Assembly: GCA_050008655.1 (NCBI GenBank) | Contig: JBEKMF010000003.1 | Location: forward strand, 1-49,422 | Direction of reading: 5' to 3' | DNA: 49,422 nucleotides | Origin: Smithellaceae bacterium | GTDB taxonomy: Bacteria > Desulfobacterota > Syntrophia > Syntrophales > Smithellaceae | Shown here: positions 1 to 9,612 of the stretch, in pieces | Position numbering within the stretch: the first letter of the stretch is position 1 | Layout: the number at the start of each line of letters is the position of its first letter | Translations under genes and position numbers: made by a program | The notes under the pieces: generated by a model | Seen by the model: the letters and a program-made list of their open reading frames with translations, nothing else | Databases searched by the model: none | What the model was told of the DNA's origin: nothing

Positions 1-959
1 TGCGGGAACTGCTGGAAACCATCCTTCCCCAAAAGGCAACCTTTGATAACTATGAGGTGGAGCACGATTTTGCAACCATTGGCCGGCGCATAATGCTTTT
101 GAATGCCCGGCAAATTCAAAGATTGTCGGGCAAAGAGCGGGTAATCCTTCTGGCCATCGAGGACATCACCGAGCGCAGGGAGATAGAAAACGGTCTGGAA
201 AAAGCCCATGAAGAGTTAAAGGAGTTGGCCGCCGAGTTAAAACGCACCGCTCAGGTAAAATCTGAATTTTTGGCCAACATGTCACATGAGCTCAGGACCC
301 CGCTTAATTCCATTAACGGTTTCTCTGAGGTATTATACGACGAGACTTTCGGAGTGCTTAATGAGAAGCAGAAGAAATACGTTAATAATGTTTTAACCAG
401 TGGAAAGCATCTGCTCTTACTGATAAATCAGATACTGGATATGGCAAAGGTTGAGGCCGGAAAGATGAAGCTGGAATTATCCAGCTTACCTATGAAAAAC
501 CTGTTAAATGATATTTCAATGCTGGTAGCGGATATGGTCAGCAAAAAGAAAATTGAAATGTTGCTGGAAATAGCCGAGGATCTGCCGAATATTGAGGCCG
601 ATGAGCTCAAGGTAAAAGAGATAATTTACAACCTGCTTTCCAACGCAGTTAAATTTACCCCCGAGGGTGGTAAAATTGGCATGCGGGCCTCTACGAGAAA
701 AGCCGATTCCGGGATAGAAGTAGTGGTGTGGGATACAGGAGTCGGTATCGCATCTGAAAACATGGAGAAAATATTTGAAGGTTTTTTCCGTGTCGATACC
801 CCATATTCTCGTGTAACTGAGGGGACCGGACTAGGTTTACCGCTTTCTAAAAAGCTGGTTGAGCTGCACGGCGGGAATTTTTCCGTAGAGTCGGAAGGAA
901 TAAATAAAGGCACCGAAGTCAGGTTTACTTTACCTATTGTATCTAGGGGGGTGGTGTGA
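1..959 (+). CDS. PAS-domain sensor histidine kinase (5' truncated by window edge)
   Basis: Frame open from position 3; H-box FLANMSHELRTPL, N-box NLLSNAVKFT, DTGVGI and GTGLGL G-boxes; PAS-like end preceding a coiled coil. Confidence 0.95.
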   Translation, partial: RELLETILPQKATFDNYEVEHDFATIGRRIMLLNARQIQRLSGKERVILLAIEDITERREIENGLEKAHEELKELAAELKRTAQVKSEFLANMSHELRTPLNSINGFSEVLYDETFGVLNEKQKKYVNNVLTSGKHLLLLINQILDMAKVEAGKMKLELSSLPMKNLLNDISMLVADMVSKKKIEMLLEIAEDLPNIEADELKVKEIIYNLLSNAVKFTPEGGKIGMRASTRKADSGIEVVVWDTGVGIASENMEKIFEGFFRVDTPYSRVTEGTGLGLPLSKKLVELHGGNFSVESEGINKGTEVRFTLPIVSRGVV

Positions 960-960
960 G

Positions 961-1326
961 GTGAGGAAGAGAGCATTAGTTGTCGATGATAATGGAAACA
1001 ATCTGATGTTGGAAAAAGATCTTTTGGAGGTCGCCGGCTTTGAAGTATTTGTAGCGGAAAATGCTGCTGATGGAATTGCCATTGCCCGGAGAGAAAAACC
1101 GGATATCATACTTATGGATGTGCGGCTTCCAGATATGCGTGGTACCGAAGCTGCCAGGATATTGCGTCAAGACAAAGAGACCAGCGATATCCCCATTGTT
1201 TTTGTGACTGCTTCGGTTATGGCAGAAGGCAGAGAAAAGATAAACAACATAACTAACAGCGGATTTATAGGTAAACCGATAAATACGCGCACCTTTGCGA
1301 AAGAAATTAGTCAATTTATTAAGTGA
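961..1326 (+). CDS. Single-domain response regulator (CheY/DivK-like receiver)
   Basis: LVVDD, DIILMDVRLP, VTAS and KP motifs; GTG start immediately after the kinase stop. Confidence 0.93.
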   Translation: MRKRALVVDDNGNNLMLEKDLLEVAGFEVFVAENAADGIAIARREKPDIILMDVRLPDMRGTEAARILRQDKETSDIPIVFVTASVMAEGREKINNITNSGFIGKPINTRTFAKEISQFIK

Positions 1327-1384
1327 GTTTTCTAACCCCGATAAACGGGATAAGTGCTAACTTACTAATATGTGGAAAAGTCAA

Positions 1385-1426
1385 ATTGAAGCTCTCCGCG
1401 GCAAGTTATGGGGAATGCGCTCGCTA
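1385..1426. repeat. Degenerate REP-like palindromic intergenic element
   Basis: gaagctctccgcggcaagttatggggaatgcgctcgcta is an imperfect hairpin resembling a dispersed repeat I recall from Desulfobacterota genomes; single copy here. Confidence 0.3.
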
Positions 1427-1447
1427 CCGAATTAAAAAAGATAGAAA

Positions 1448-2524
1448 ATGGAAGCCAAACCAGTAATTTTAGTTGTTGATGACCAACCTCAAAACATTGA
1501 ACTTCTCGAAGCACATCTTGTTCCCCAGGGTTATGAAATTGTTACGGCGGTAAACGGTAAAGAAGCGCTGGAAAAACTTTCCGGCAAGCAAATCGATCTG
1601 ATTCTGCTGGATGTAATGATGCCCGGCATGGATGGTTTTGAAGTTACCCGCCGGATCAGGCAAGATAATACACATCGACTGCTTCCGATAATCCTGGTTA
1701 CCGCACTGCGGGAAACGGAAGCCCGGGTAAAGGGAATTGAAGCCGGTTGTGATGATTTTATTTCCAAGCCTGTTGATAAGATGGAGCTTTTAGCCCGGGT
1801 CCGGTCCCTGCTGAAGGTCAAGGCCTACAACGACTTGATGAGTAATTACCAAAAAGAACTGGAGTCCGAGGTAACCAGAAGGACCGAGGAATTAAAGCAG
1901 GCCTTGGAGAAGATAAAGGCAGCTTCGCTGGAAACTATTTACCGGCTGTCCATGGCCGCTGAGTACAAGGACAAGGAAACTGGCGCACATATCAAGCGCA
2001 TGAGCCGTTATGCCGCTGCCGTTACCCGCCGCCTGGGACTTACCGAAAGTACTATTGAAACCATTCTTTATGCAGCGCCCATGCATGATTTGGGTAAGAT
2101 AGGTATACCCGACCTGATACTGATGAAACCAGCCAAGCTGGATCCGGCGGAGTGGGAAATTATGAAGCAGCATACGGTCATCGGTGCCAAAATCCTCAAG
2201 GGCTCGGACGCTGAATTCATCAGGCTAGGAGAAACTATCGCTCAGCACCATCACGAGAAGTGGGATGGAAGTGGCTACCCAAATAGTCTAAAGGGTATAG
2301 AGATACCAATCGCCGGCCGCATCACGGCAATCGCAGATGTATTCGATGCCCTGACCTCCAAACGACCCTATAAGGAACGATTCTCTGTGGAGAAATCACT
2401 GGCCATTATTAAGGAAGGGAGGGGAAGCCACTTTGATCCGGATGTGGTGGATGCTTTCTTTGCCATCCAGGACGAGATACTTACTATCAAGAAGCAATAT
2501 GGCGACGATAATCAACAGGCCTAG
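1448..2524 (+). CDS. Response regulator with HD-GYP c-di-GMP phosphodiesterase domain (RpfG-like)
   Basis: N-terminal receiver (VVDD, LLDVMMP, SKP); HDLGKIG, HHEKWDGSGYP and DVFDALTSKRPYK motifs. Confidence 0.95.
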   Translation: MEAKPVILVVDDQPQNIELLEAHLVPQGYEIVTAVNGKEALEKLSGKQIDLILLDVMMPGMDGFEVTRRIRQDNTHRLLPIILVTALRETEARVKGIEAGCDDFISKPVDKMELLARVRSLLKVKAYNDLMSNYQKELESEVTRRTEELKQALEKIKAASLETIYRLSMAAEYKDKETGAHIKRMSRYAAAVTRRLGLTESTIETILYAAPMHDLGKIGIPDLILMKPAKLDPAEWEIMKQHTVIGAKILKGSDAEFIRLGETIAQHHHEKWDGSGYPNSLKGIEIPIAGRITAIADVFDALTSKRPYKERFSVEKSLAIIKEGRGSHFDPDVVDAFFAIQDEILTIKKQYGDDNQQA

Positions 2525-2564
2525 GATATTCCTGAACTGAAAACTCTGCTGCGGCAATACAGCC

Positions 2565-2807
2565 GTGAAGAATTGTATAAAAAGCCAAAAGTATCAAATG
2601 ATGATTTCATCCCCACAAATTTCATCAGCTGTAAGAACATTGGAAGATATAGAGCGGAACCAAATTCTTAAAATCCTTTCTGAAACCTGCTGGCGCATCG
2701 AGGGAAAGGACAATGCCACAGCGATCCTGGGCCTCCACCCTAGCACCTTAAGAGCGAGAATGAATAAGCTCGGGATAGTCCGGCCGCAGACAAAAGAACC
2801 GGATTAG
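2565..2807 (+). pseudogene. Orphan C-terminal Fis-type HTH of a sigma-54 enhancer-binding protein (FhlA/NtrC-like), AAA+ domain missing
   Basis: TLEDIERNQILKILSETCWRIEG...AILGLHPSTLRARMNKLGI is the typical bEBP C-terminus; no GAFTGA domain upstream. Confidence 0.75.
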
Positions 2808-2832
2808 CTGTCCAGTTCCCGTTCAAAGTATC

Positions 2833-2866
2833 CCTCAATATACTGAGGTTCCACCAAATATTGAGG
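2833..2866. promoter_or_regulatory. Tandem palindromic upstream activator sites (putative bEBP enhancer)
   Basis: CCTCAATATACTGAGG followed by CACCAAATATTGAGG, about 100-130 bp upstream of a sigma-54 promoter. Confidence 0.6.
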
Positions 2867-2964
2867 CCAAACGAATTATTTCATACGCCTCTACCATTCT
2901 CTCCTCTTAAGCTAACCGGCTGTTATTAAAAATGAATCCAAACTTATGATTTTCCGTCAGCTAT

Positions 2965-2980
2965 TGGCAGGCCATTTGCT
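2965..2980 (+). promoter_or_regulatory. Sigma-54 (-24/-12) promoter
   Basis: TGGCAG-GCCAT-TTGCT with GG at 2966-67 and GC at 2978-79, canonical spacing. Confidence 0.8.
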
Positions 2981-2992
2981 ATTACTATTTTT

Positions 2993-3313
2993 ATGATCCT
3001 GGTTATCACACGAATGAATGTCCTTTCTGAGAAGCGTATGGAGTTGTCACAGACGATTACTTCACTGTCCGTTCTAACAAGGATGGAGAAGGGGTGTCGG
3101 AGCTACGACTTCTGCCAGAGTATCGATGATGAAAATCAACTCTTTCTTCTTGAAGAATGGGATACCCAGGAGAGCTTTATGACCCACCGGAAGTCGGAGT
3201 ATTTCAGGGTGATCCGGGGGGCGATGAACCTTCTTCAAGAGTCCCGTGAAAGTATATTCCACACCGGTTCCCACCCGGCCGGGATGGCGGAGATGCAATC
3301 GAAGAACGGATGA
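2993..3313 (+). CDS. Antibiotic biosynthesis monooxygenase (ABM/YgiN-like) family protein
   Basis: TRMEKGCRSY, LLEEWDTQESFMTHRKSEYF pattern; 106 aa. Confidence 0.85.
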   Translation: MILVITRMNVLSEKRMELSQTITSLSVLTRMEKGCRSYDFCQSIDDENQLFLLEEWDTQESFMTHRKSEYFRVIRGAMNLLQESRESIFHTGSHPAGMAEMQSKNG

Positions 3314-3318
3314 AAGAG

Positions 3319-3496
3319 TGATGACGTTTCCATCACTGCTAGGCCGGTGCCCTGAATACCAAGGTCGAGACAAAGCGCGGTGTGGTCACATTGTACGGTA
3401 AAGCCGGCAATACAGCCGAAAAGGACCTGGCCACCAAATTCGCCTAACGACGTAAATGGCGTGAAGAGTGTAAAAAACCGGACGACCATCGAGTAG
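3319..3496 (+). pseudogene. Degenerate remnant of the last BON domain of an OsmY-like gene
   Basis: Close DNA similarity to about 6105-6311 with indels and a frameshift (ttcgcctaacgac vs ctcgccaacgac). Confidence 0.8.
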
Positions 3497-3521
3497 ACCG
3501 AACTAAAGAAGAAAAGGAGAA

Positions 3522-4379
3522 ATGTTTATGAAGAGATTTAAGGCTCAACAAACTTATTATTTGTTTATCTTAATCCTGGGTATTTTTTTAATTACGGGAT
3601 GCGGTACTGGCGGTAGTGATGGTGATCATGCCGGAGGAGGCTCGGGCCATCTCGCCATAGACCTTGGAAGTGCCGCTACTTTCGGAATTGCCTCGCAAGC
3701 CGGAATGACCTCAAGCGGTGTTACCGTGGTTGATGGGGATGTAGCGTTGTATCCCAATGCTGCATGTACTGATTCCACCGGTGGCTCCGGTGGTTCTAGC
3801 GCGGACTGCACAGGTTTTAAGACCTGGGCTCATCCCACGGGAATGACCGTGACTGGGTCAATATACTATGCCGGCGGTCCCGACGACGCTTTCGCGCAGC
3901 AGGTCACGAACGATTTGCATACCGCGTGGATCGAGGGCAAAGCCAAAATAGATACTTTTGCTACAAGTCACCTCAGCGGTCAACTAGCCGGGCAAATCCT
4001 CACACCTGGCGTCTATCATGAGACTGTCCTTAATCTAGCGGCAGGCGGGACTTGCCAGCTCGATGCCGAGGGGCATGCGAACGCTATTTTCATCATTAAG
4101 GTAGATTCCGATTTTACTGACTCGGGCATTCGTACAAATCCGAGCCAGATTGAACTGATCAACAAGGCCAAGGCCAGAAACGTCTGGTTTATTATCGGTG
4201 GTGCCGCAACCATCGGAACGGGAACAACCTGGAATGGAAACATACTGGCCGGTGGGACTCTCTCGATCTCAGGCGGCTCAACGGTGTTGGGCAGATTATT
4301 AGCGGGTGCGGCCGGGGCCGGCGCGTTTTCAATGACCACCACCCCTCCCGAGACCTCTATCACCGTTACCGTACCTTAG
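3522..4379 (+). CDS. DUF3494 (ice-binding-like) beta-solenoid lipoprotein 1
   Basis: Lipobox LITGC; DLGSAATFGI, LTPGVY, ARNVWF, TWNGNIL, GRLLA motifs. Confidence 0.85.
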   Translation: MFMKRFKAQQTYYLFILILGIFLITGCGTGGSDGDHAGGGSGHLAIDLGSAATFGIASQAGMTSSGVTVVDGDVALYPNAACTDSTGGSGGSSADCTGFKTWAHPTGMTVTGSIYYAGGPDDAFAQQVTNDLHTAWIEGKAKIDTFATSHLSGQLAGQILTPGVYHETVLNLAAGGTCQLDAEGHANAIFIIKVDSDFTDSGIRTNPSQIELINKAKARNVWFIIGGAATIGTGTTWNGNILAGGTLSISGGSTVLGRLLAGAAGAGAFSMTTTPPETSITVTVP

Positions 4380-4527
4380 TAAGGCAGGAGGTAGTGTGAA
4401 AAAAAGATACGATAAGGGAACAGGTTGCTTTTCAAAATTCAGACTGTTCCCATTTTTTCCTGGTTATTACAATTGCTCGTCGGTTGCGAGCAAGAAGAAT
4501 GCTCATAATTAAAGAAGAAAAGGAGGA

Positions 4528-5409
4528 GTGTTTATGAAAAGATTTAAGGCTCAACAAAATTTTTATTTGTTTATCTTAATCCTGAGCGGTTTTTTAATTA
4601 CCGGATGCAGTAGTGGCGGTAGTGATGGTGATCATATTACTAGAGGTCCGATCTTGGGGGCAGTCTGCTCGGGAGCGGACTGCGTAGATCTTGGAAAAGC
4701 CGGCAGTTTTGTTATCCTGGCAGAAGCAGCAATCACGGACACCGGAAGCCATAGTTCGGTTATTACCGGAAATATTGGATTGAGTCCAACTACCGGTGCA
4801 GCTATTGGTGTACGGTGCCCGGAAATGACGGGGAGAATCTACACGGTTGATGCGCTAGCTGCATACGCAGGCGGTCCGGGCGGTAGTGCTGATAATAGTT
4901 GTGTTCAGCCTGGTCCCGGAGCTAACAAGACCACCGTGGACAACGCGGTAGGCGACATGGGAACCGCGTACACCGATGCAACTGGAAGGCCACACGGAAC
5001 TGGTGCTTCCAATCTTAACGTGGGCGGTGGAACTCTCAACGGGCAGAACTTTGTCCCTGGCACCTACACTTGGGATACCCCTGGCGATGTTGATATAACA
5101 GGGGATATCACCATTACGGGTTCAGCAACGGATGTTTGGATTTTCCAGATGTCGGGAAATCTCAATATCGCCTCCGGTGGCAGCGTCCCCGCTGGTATTA
5201 AGGTTTTACTTGCTGGTGGCGCACAGCCCCAGAACATCTTCTGGCAGGTCGGTGGTGGTATCGGGGCAACTCTCGGAACCTATTCTACGTTCAATGGAAT
5301 TATATTGAGCGCCAAGCAGGTTATCATGCAAACAGGCGCAGTATTTAACGGCAGAGCGTTTGCGCAGACTGAGGTTACCTTAGACGCCAATCCCGTTACT
5401 GCTCCATAA
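4528..5409 (+). CDS. DUF3494 (ice-binding-like) lipoprotein 2
   Basis: Lipobox LITGC; VDLGKAGSFVILA, PGTYTW, VWIFQ, NIFWQV, FNGIILS, GRAFAQTEVTLDAN. Confidence 0.92.
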   Translation: MFMKRFKAQQNFYLFILILSGFLITGCSSGGSDGDHITRGPILGAVCSGADCVDLGKAGSFVILAEAAITDTGSHSSVITGNIGLSPTTGAAIGVRCPEMTGRIYTVDALAAYAGGPGGSADNSCVQPGPGANKTTVDNAVGDMGTAYTDATGRPHGTGASNLNVGGGTLNGQNFVPGTYTWDTPGDVDITGDITITGSATDVWIFQMSGNLNIASGGSVPAGIKVLLAGGAQPQNIFWQVGGGIGATLGTYSTFNGIILSAKQVIMQTGAVFNGRAFAQTEVTLDANPVTAP

Positions 5410-5555
5410 GGCAGAAGGTAGTATAAAAGCGAGATAGAATTAGGATGGGGAAACAGGCTGCCATTCAAAATTCAGCCTGTTTCCCATTTCCCCCCTGGTT
5501 ATTACAATTGCCTGCCAGGACCTGCGTGGTCCTGTACGGGAAAGGAGAACGTACC

Positions 5556-6311
5556 ATGAAAGCAAGGTATTCTATATCTCTAATGGTGGCAGCAGTAGCA
5601 CTGCTTATGCTCAGCATGCCTGTGCACGCGTCCCAGATGGATTACCGCATCGAATCAACTGCCCGGAATTCGTATGTGTTCAAGACCTACCTTCAGAATG
5701 ATGATATCAAAGTCGAGTCCAGGAACGGCGCCGTAACCTTGACAGGGATCGTCGCCGACAACTTCAATAAATCATTGGCCGAGGAGACCGTAGCAGGAAT
5801 CCCGGGTGTGAAGAGTGTGGACAACAGGCTGGAAGTCCAAGGTGCACCCCCCACCGCAAACTCGGATGCGTGGATCCGGGATAAAGTGAAAGACACGCTC
5901 TTGTTTCATCGGAGCGTGAGCGCCGGCACAACCGCGGTTGACGTCAAAGACGGTGTCGTGACCCTGCGAGGCGATGCCGCCAGTGAAGCACAAAAGGAAT
6001 TGACGACTGAATACGCCAAGGATGTCGAAGGGGTTAAAGGCGTAAATAATGAAATGACCGTGACAGCGACTTCGAAAAAAACACGAACGGTGGGCGAAAC
6101 GATTGATGACGCTTCCATCATCGCTCAGGTCAAGATGACGTTGTTATCTCACCGCTCGACCAGCGCCATTAACACCAAGGTCGAGTCGAAGCGTGGCGTG
6201 GTCACATTGTACGGCAAGGCGAGCAACACAGCCGAAAAGAACCTGGCCACCAAACTCGCCAACGACATAAACGGTGTGAAGAGTGTAAAGAACCGGATGA
6301 CCATCGAATAG
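5556..6311 (+). CDS. Periplasmic triple-BON domain protein (OsmY-like)
   Basis: RBS aaggag before ATG 5556; signal peptide; three GxVTLxG...GVKxVxN repeats. Confidence 0.92.
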   Translation: MKARYSISLMVAAVALLMLSMPVHASQMDYRIESTARNSYVFKTYLQNDDIKVESRNGAVTLTGIVADNFNKSLAEETVAGIPGVKSVDNRLEVQGAPPTANSDAWIRDKVKDTLLFHRSVSAGTTAVDVKDGVVTLRGDAASEAQKELTTEYAKDVEGVKGVNNEMTVTATSKKTRTVGETIDDASIIAQVKMTLLSHRSTSAINTKVESKRGVVTLYGKASNTAEKNLATKLANDINGVKSVKNRMTIE

Positions 6312-6408
6312 TCCGAGTCGAAGGCCAAAGAAACTGCATAATCACTGCCGGCTGATATGATGATGCAATAGCCGGCAGTGATTATGCACAATCAAAAAGG
6401 AGGATTAA

Positions 6409-6558
6409 ATGTTGTGGACGGTTGTTGTGGTACTGGTAATATTGTGGCTGTTGGGGTTGATCTCTGGCTATACGATGGGTGGGGTTATTCACGTCCTACT
6501 GGTCATTGCTATCATCGTGTTAGTGGTCCGACTTATTCAGGGGAAAAAAATATTATAG
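6409..6558 (+). CDS. lmo0937-family small membrane protein (49 aa, not in ORF track)
   Basis: RBS aaggagg; MLWTVVVVLVILWLLGLISGYTMGGVIHVLLVIAII. Confidence 0.88.
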   Translation: MLWTVVVVLVILWLLGLISGYTMGGVIHVLLVIAIIVLVVRLIQGKKIL

Positions 6559-6605
6559 CGATTTGAGCCCTTACGCAATCAAATTTACAGGGAGAAGTTA
6601 CCGCT

Positions 6606-6929
6606 GTGAAAAAGAGAAATATCATTATGCACTTTTTACGCTTTTTAATTCTTCTTTTGCTGATCGCTACCTTTGCCGCCTGTGCATCGACACGCACACA
6701 TGAAAGTACAGGTGAATACGTTGACGATTCGGTCATCACGACCAAAGTAAAATCTCTGCTGGCAGCGGATGATTTTTTAAAGTCATTCCAGATCAGTGTT
6801 GAAACTTACCAGGGCACTGTTCAACTGAGCGGCTTCGTTAATTCTCAAAAGGCCGTCGATAAAGCGAATGAAATCGTAAGGAGAGTCCAGGGGGTCAAAT
6901 CCGTAAAGAATGATCTGATCGTGAAATAG
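6606..6929 (+). CDS. Single-BON domain lipoprotein
   Basis: Lipobox FAAC; STGEYVDDSVITTKVK, GTVQLSGFV, GVKSVKNDL. Confidence 0.92.
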   Translation: MKKRNIIMHFLRFLILLLLIATFAACASTRTHESTGEYVDDSVITTKVKSLLAADDFLKSFQISVETYQGTVQLSGFVNSQKAVDKANEIVRRVQGVKSVKNDLIVK

Positions 6930-6945
6930 ACGAAGGAGGAATACC

Positions 6946-7125
6946 ATGAAATCCAGCACGCAGGACGAGGCAGAAGGCAAGTTTCACAAAGTAAAGGGTA
7001 AGCTCAAGGAGATTGCCGGGAAACTAAACGACGATCCCGAGTTGGAAGCTGAAGGTACCGGGGAAAAGATAGCCGGCAAAGTTCAGGAAAAGATCGGTCA
7101 GGTCAAGAAGGTTTTGGGGAAGTAG
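6946..7125 (+). CDS. csbD: CsbD-family general stress protein (59 aa, not in ORF track)
   Basis: RBS aaggagg; MKSSTQDEAEGKFHKVKGKLKEIAGKLNDDPELEAEGTGEKIAGKVQEKIGQVKKVLGK. Confidence 0.88.
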   Translation: MKSSTQDEAEGKFHKVKGKLKEIAGKLNDDPELEAEGTGEKIAGKVQEKIGQVKKVLGK

Positions 7126-7260
7126 TGAGAGAGCGGCGTATCATGTACCAGCGTGTCCTTGGATACCTGACCGAGGTTGTATTGGGCATCGATACCATAA
7201 CTCAGTGAAACATAAATCACGACCATCACGGAAACCAAGCAATTTAAGGAGGCGTTCAAG

Positions 7261-7380
7261 ATGGCAAAGAAAAGCAGAGGCGGCAGAATGACAGCAGCTA
7301 AACGGCGTGCGGCGAAGAGGCCTGGTGGAAAAGGTATGGTAAAGAATCGCCCAGCAGGTAAACACATTATGAAGACGTAA
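7261..7380 (+). CDS. Small, very basic hypothetical peptide (39 aa)
   Basis: Strong RBS aaggagg; MAKKSRGGRMTAAKRRAAKRPGGKGMVKNRPAGKHIMKT. Confidence 0.55.
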   Translation: MAKKSRGGRMTAAKRRAAKRPGGKGMVKNRPAGKHIMKT

Positions 7381-7532
7381 GAAACATCCGTATGACAGTG
7401 CATGGGCGCTGGGTCTGCGTGGTTGCCTGAGTATAGCGATGCCATGATAACCACTGTCCCATAAACTATGAGGTCTCCGGAGTAAAGGAGTTCAAAAAAC
7501 AACAGTAACAACAACAAAAGGAGAACGTACAA

Positions 7533-8288
7533 ATGAAAACAATTTATAGATTGGTAGTAATGATGGTGGCGGTTGTAGTTCTGCTGGCTCTCAGCGCGAC
7601 TGTGTATGCGTCGAAAATGGACAGCCGCATCGAATCATCGGCCAAGCAGTCGTATGTGTTCAAGACCTACCTTCAGAATGATGACATTAATATTCAGTCT
7701 AAGGATGGCGCCGTCACCTTGACGGGAACCGTTTCCGAAGAATCCCACAAGTCATTGGCCCAGGAAACCGTAGCAGGCCTCCCCGGTGTCAAGAGTGTGG
7801 ACAACAAGCTGGAAATCAAAGGTACACCGCCCCCTAAGAACTCGGATGCGTGGATCACAACGAAAGTGAAAACCATGCTCCTGTTTCATCAGAACGTGAG
7901 CTCCATGACGGAGGTTAACACCACAAACGGAATCGTCACCCTGCAAGGCAAAGCGAACAGTATGGCACAAAAGGATCTGACGACCGAATACGCTAAGGAT
8001 GTCGAAGGGGTTAAAGGCGTAAAAAATGAGATGACCATAGGAAAGACAGCGAAAAAGAAGCAAACGATGGGCTCAAAGATTGATGACGCTTCCATCACCG
8101 CCCTGGTGAAGATGACGTTGCTCTATCACCGCTCGACCAGTGCCCTCAACACCTCTGTCGCTACGAAGAGGGGTGTGGTTACGTTGACAGGCAAGGCGAA
8201 AAATGCAGCCGAAAAAGACCTGGCCGCCAAATTCGCTAAGGACGTAAAAGGTGTGAAGGGTGTAAATAACCAGATGACCATCGGGTAG
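7533..8288 (+). CDS. Periplasmic triple-BON domain protein, paralog of 5556-6311
   Basis: Collinear high similarity to 5556-6311; three BON repeats. Confidence 0.92.
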   Translation: MKTIYRLVVMMVAVVVLLALSATVYASKMDSRIESSAKQSYVFKTYLQNDDINIQSKDGAVTLTGTVSEESHKSLAQETVAGLPGVKSVDNKLEIKGTPPPKNSDAWITTKVKTMLLFHQNVSSMTEVNTTNGIVTLQGKANSMAQKDLTTEYAKDVEGVKGVKNEMTIGKTAKKKQTMGSKIDDASITALVKMTLLYHRSTSALNTSVATKRGVVTLTGKAKNAAEKDLAAKFAKDVKGVKGVNNQMTIG

Positions 8289-8391
8289 TCCGAGTCCAAG
8301 ACCAAAGAGACTGAGACTGTATGTTCACTGCCGGCTGGTATGGTGATGCAAGAGCCGGCAGTGGGAATAAACAATCAGAAAGGAGAATCAT

Positions 8392-8535
8392 ATGTTGTGG
8401 ACAATTGCTGTAATACTGATCGTTCTGTGGTTGCTGGGGTTCATAACCAGTTACACGATGGGAGGGTTTATTCACATTCTGCTGGTCATTGCCATCATTG
8501 TCCTGATAGTCGGATTCATTCAGCGACGAGGGTAG
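8392..8535 (+). CDS. lmo0937-family small membrane protein, second copy (47 aa)
   Basis: RBS aaggag; MLWTIAVILIVLWLLGFITSYTMGGFIHILLVIAII. Confidence 0.88.
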   Translation: MLWTIAVILIVLWLLGFITSYTMGGFIHILLVIAIIVLIVGFIQRRG

Positions 8536-8584
8536 CAAAGCAAGTCCTTATTGTCCCATTAAAGCCAAGGAAAAGGGAGGTTCT

Positions 8585-8806
8585 ATGAGACCAAAGAATA
8601 TAATTGCGATCATACTGATCGTTCTGGGAATTGCGGCGTTCGTTTACCAGGGCATCACCTACACGACCAGAGAAAAGGTTGTCGATGTTGGCCCCATCCA
8701 GATGACGACGGAGAAGACTAAAACGATTCCATTGTCGCCTATTTTTGGGGGGATTGCGCTCGTGGGCGGCATCGTGCTGCTGGTTGTGGGAGGTAAGAAA
8801 GGCTGA
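8585..8806 (+). CDS. Small two-TM membrane protein (DUF3185-like)
   Basis: Two hydrophobic helices flanking YTTREKVVDVGPIQMT. Confidence 0.7.
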   Translation: MRPKNIIAIILIVLGIAAFVYQGITYTTREKVVDVGPIQMTTEKTKTIPLSPIFGGIALVGGIVLLVVGGKKG

Positions 8807-8844
8807 TGAGAGGCAAAACACTGATATGTATAGGAGAGAACAGA

Positions 8845-9612
8845 ATGAAAAAGTTATTTTTGGGAACATTGCTTTTGGCATTGGTAATTGTACTTCCTAT
8901 TCCAATGATGGCAAGGGCAGATGTAAACGTTAGTATTGGTCTGCCGCCGCCCATCGTATTTGCCGCACCACCGGAGGTGGTAGTACTGCCGGAGACGTAT
9001 GTCTACGTTGTCCCTGACGTAAACGAGGACATCTTCTTCTATGGAGGCTGGTGGTGGCGTCCTTGGGAAGGACGCTGGTATCGCTCGCGTTACTACGACT
9101 CAGGTTGGGGCTATTATCGAAGCGTTCCAAGTTTTTACTTTGATGTAGATCCAGGTTGGAGAGGGTACTACAGAGACAGTAATTGGTACGGGCATCGATG
9201 GGAACATGAACGGATTCCCCACCAACAACTTCAACGGAACTGGAAGGGCTGGCAAAATGATCGACATTGGGAAAAGCATGGAACCTGGGGTGTTCAGAAC
9301 TATCAACCTCGACCACAACAACAGAGACAGAAATTAAGACAACAAAGGCAACAGCAATATCAACAGAGGCCCGAGGTTCAGAAACATCAAGGTCAACAAC
9401 AAAGACAACCTCAGGTTCAGCAACAAAAACAAAAACCTCAGCAGAAAGTGCAGCAGCCGCAAAGAAAAGAGCAAAAAACTCAGATTCAGCAACCAAAACA
9501 GAAACCTCAGCAGAAAGTGCAGCGGCCGCAAAAACCGCAACCACAACATCAGAAGGGACAACCTCAGCAATCGCAGCAGCAACAAGGAAGCCATGAAAAG
9601 GAGGGGAAGTAG
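8845..9612 (+). CDS. Exported protein with Trp/Tyr-rich domain and Gln-rich low-complexity tail
   Basis: RBS aggag; signal peptide; PPPIVFAAPP; WWWRPWEGRWYRS; Q/K/P-rich C-terminus. Confidence 0.8.
   Translation: MKKLFLGTLLLALVIVLPIPMMARADVNVSIGLPPPIVFAAPPEVVVLPETYVYVVPDVNEDIFFYGGWWWRPWEGRWYRSRYYDSGWGYYRSVPSFYFDVDPGWRGYYRDSNWYGHRWEHERIPHQQLQRNWKGWQNDRHWEKHGTWGVQNYQPRPQQQRQKLRQQRQQQYQQRPEVQKHQGQQQRQPQVQQQKQKPQQKVQQPQRKEQKTQIQQPKQKPQQKVQRPQKPQPQHQKGQPQQSQQQQGSHEKEGK
9415..9540 (+). repeat. Intragenic tandem duplication (69-bp period) in the Gln-rich tail
   Basis: cagcaac(a/c)aaaaca(a/g)aaacctcagcagaaagtgcagc(a/g)gccgcaaa at 9418 and 9487. Confidence 0.8.

Noticed and set aside
6378-6566. ORF-track calls 6378-6566 and 8340-8588
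   Set aside because: Wrong frames; the real genes are the lmo0937-like ORFs at 6409 and 8392
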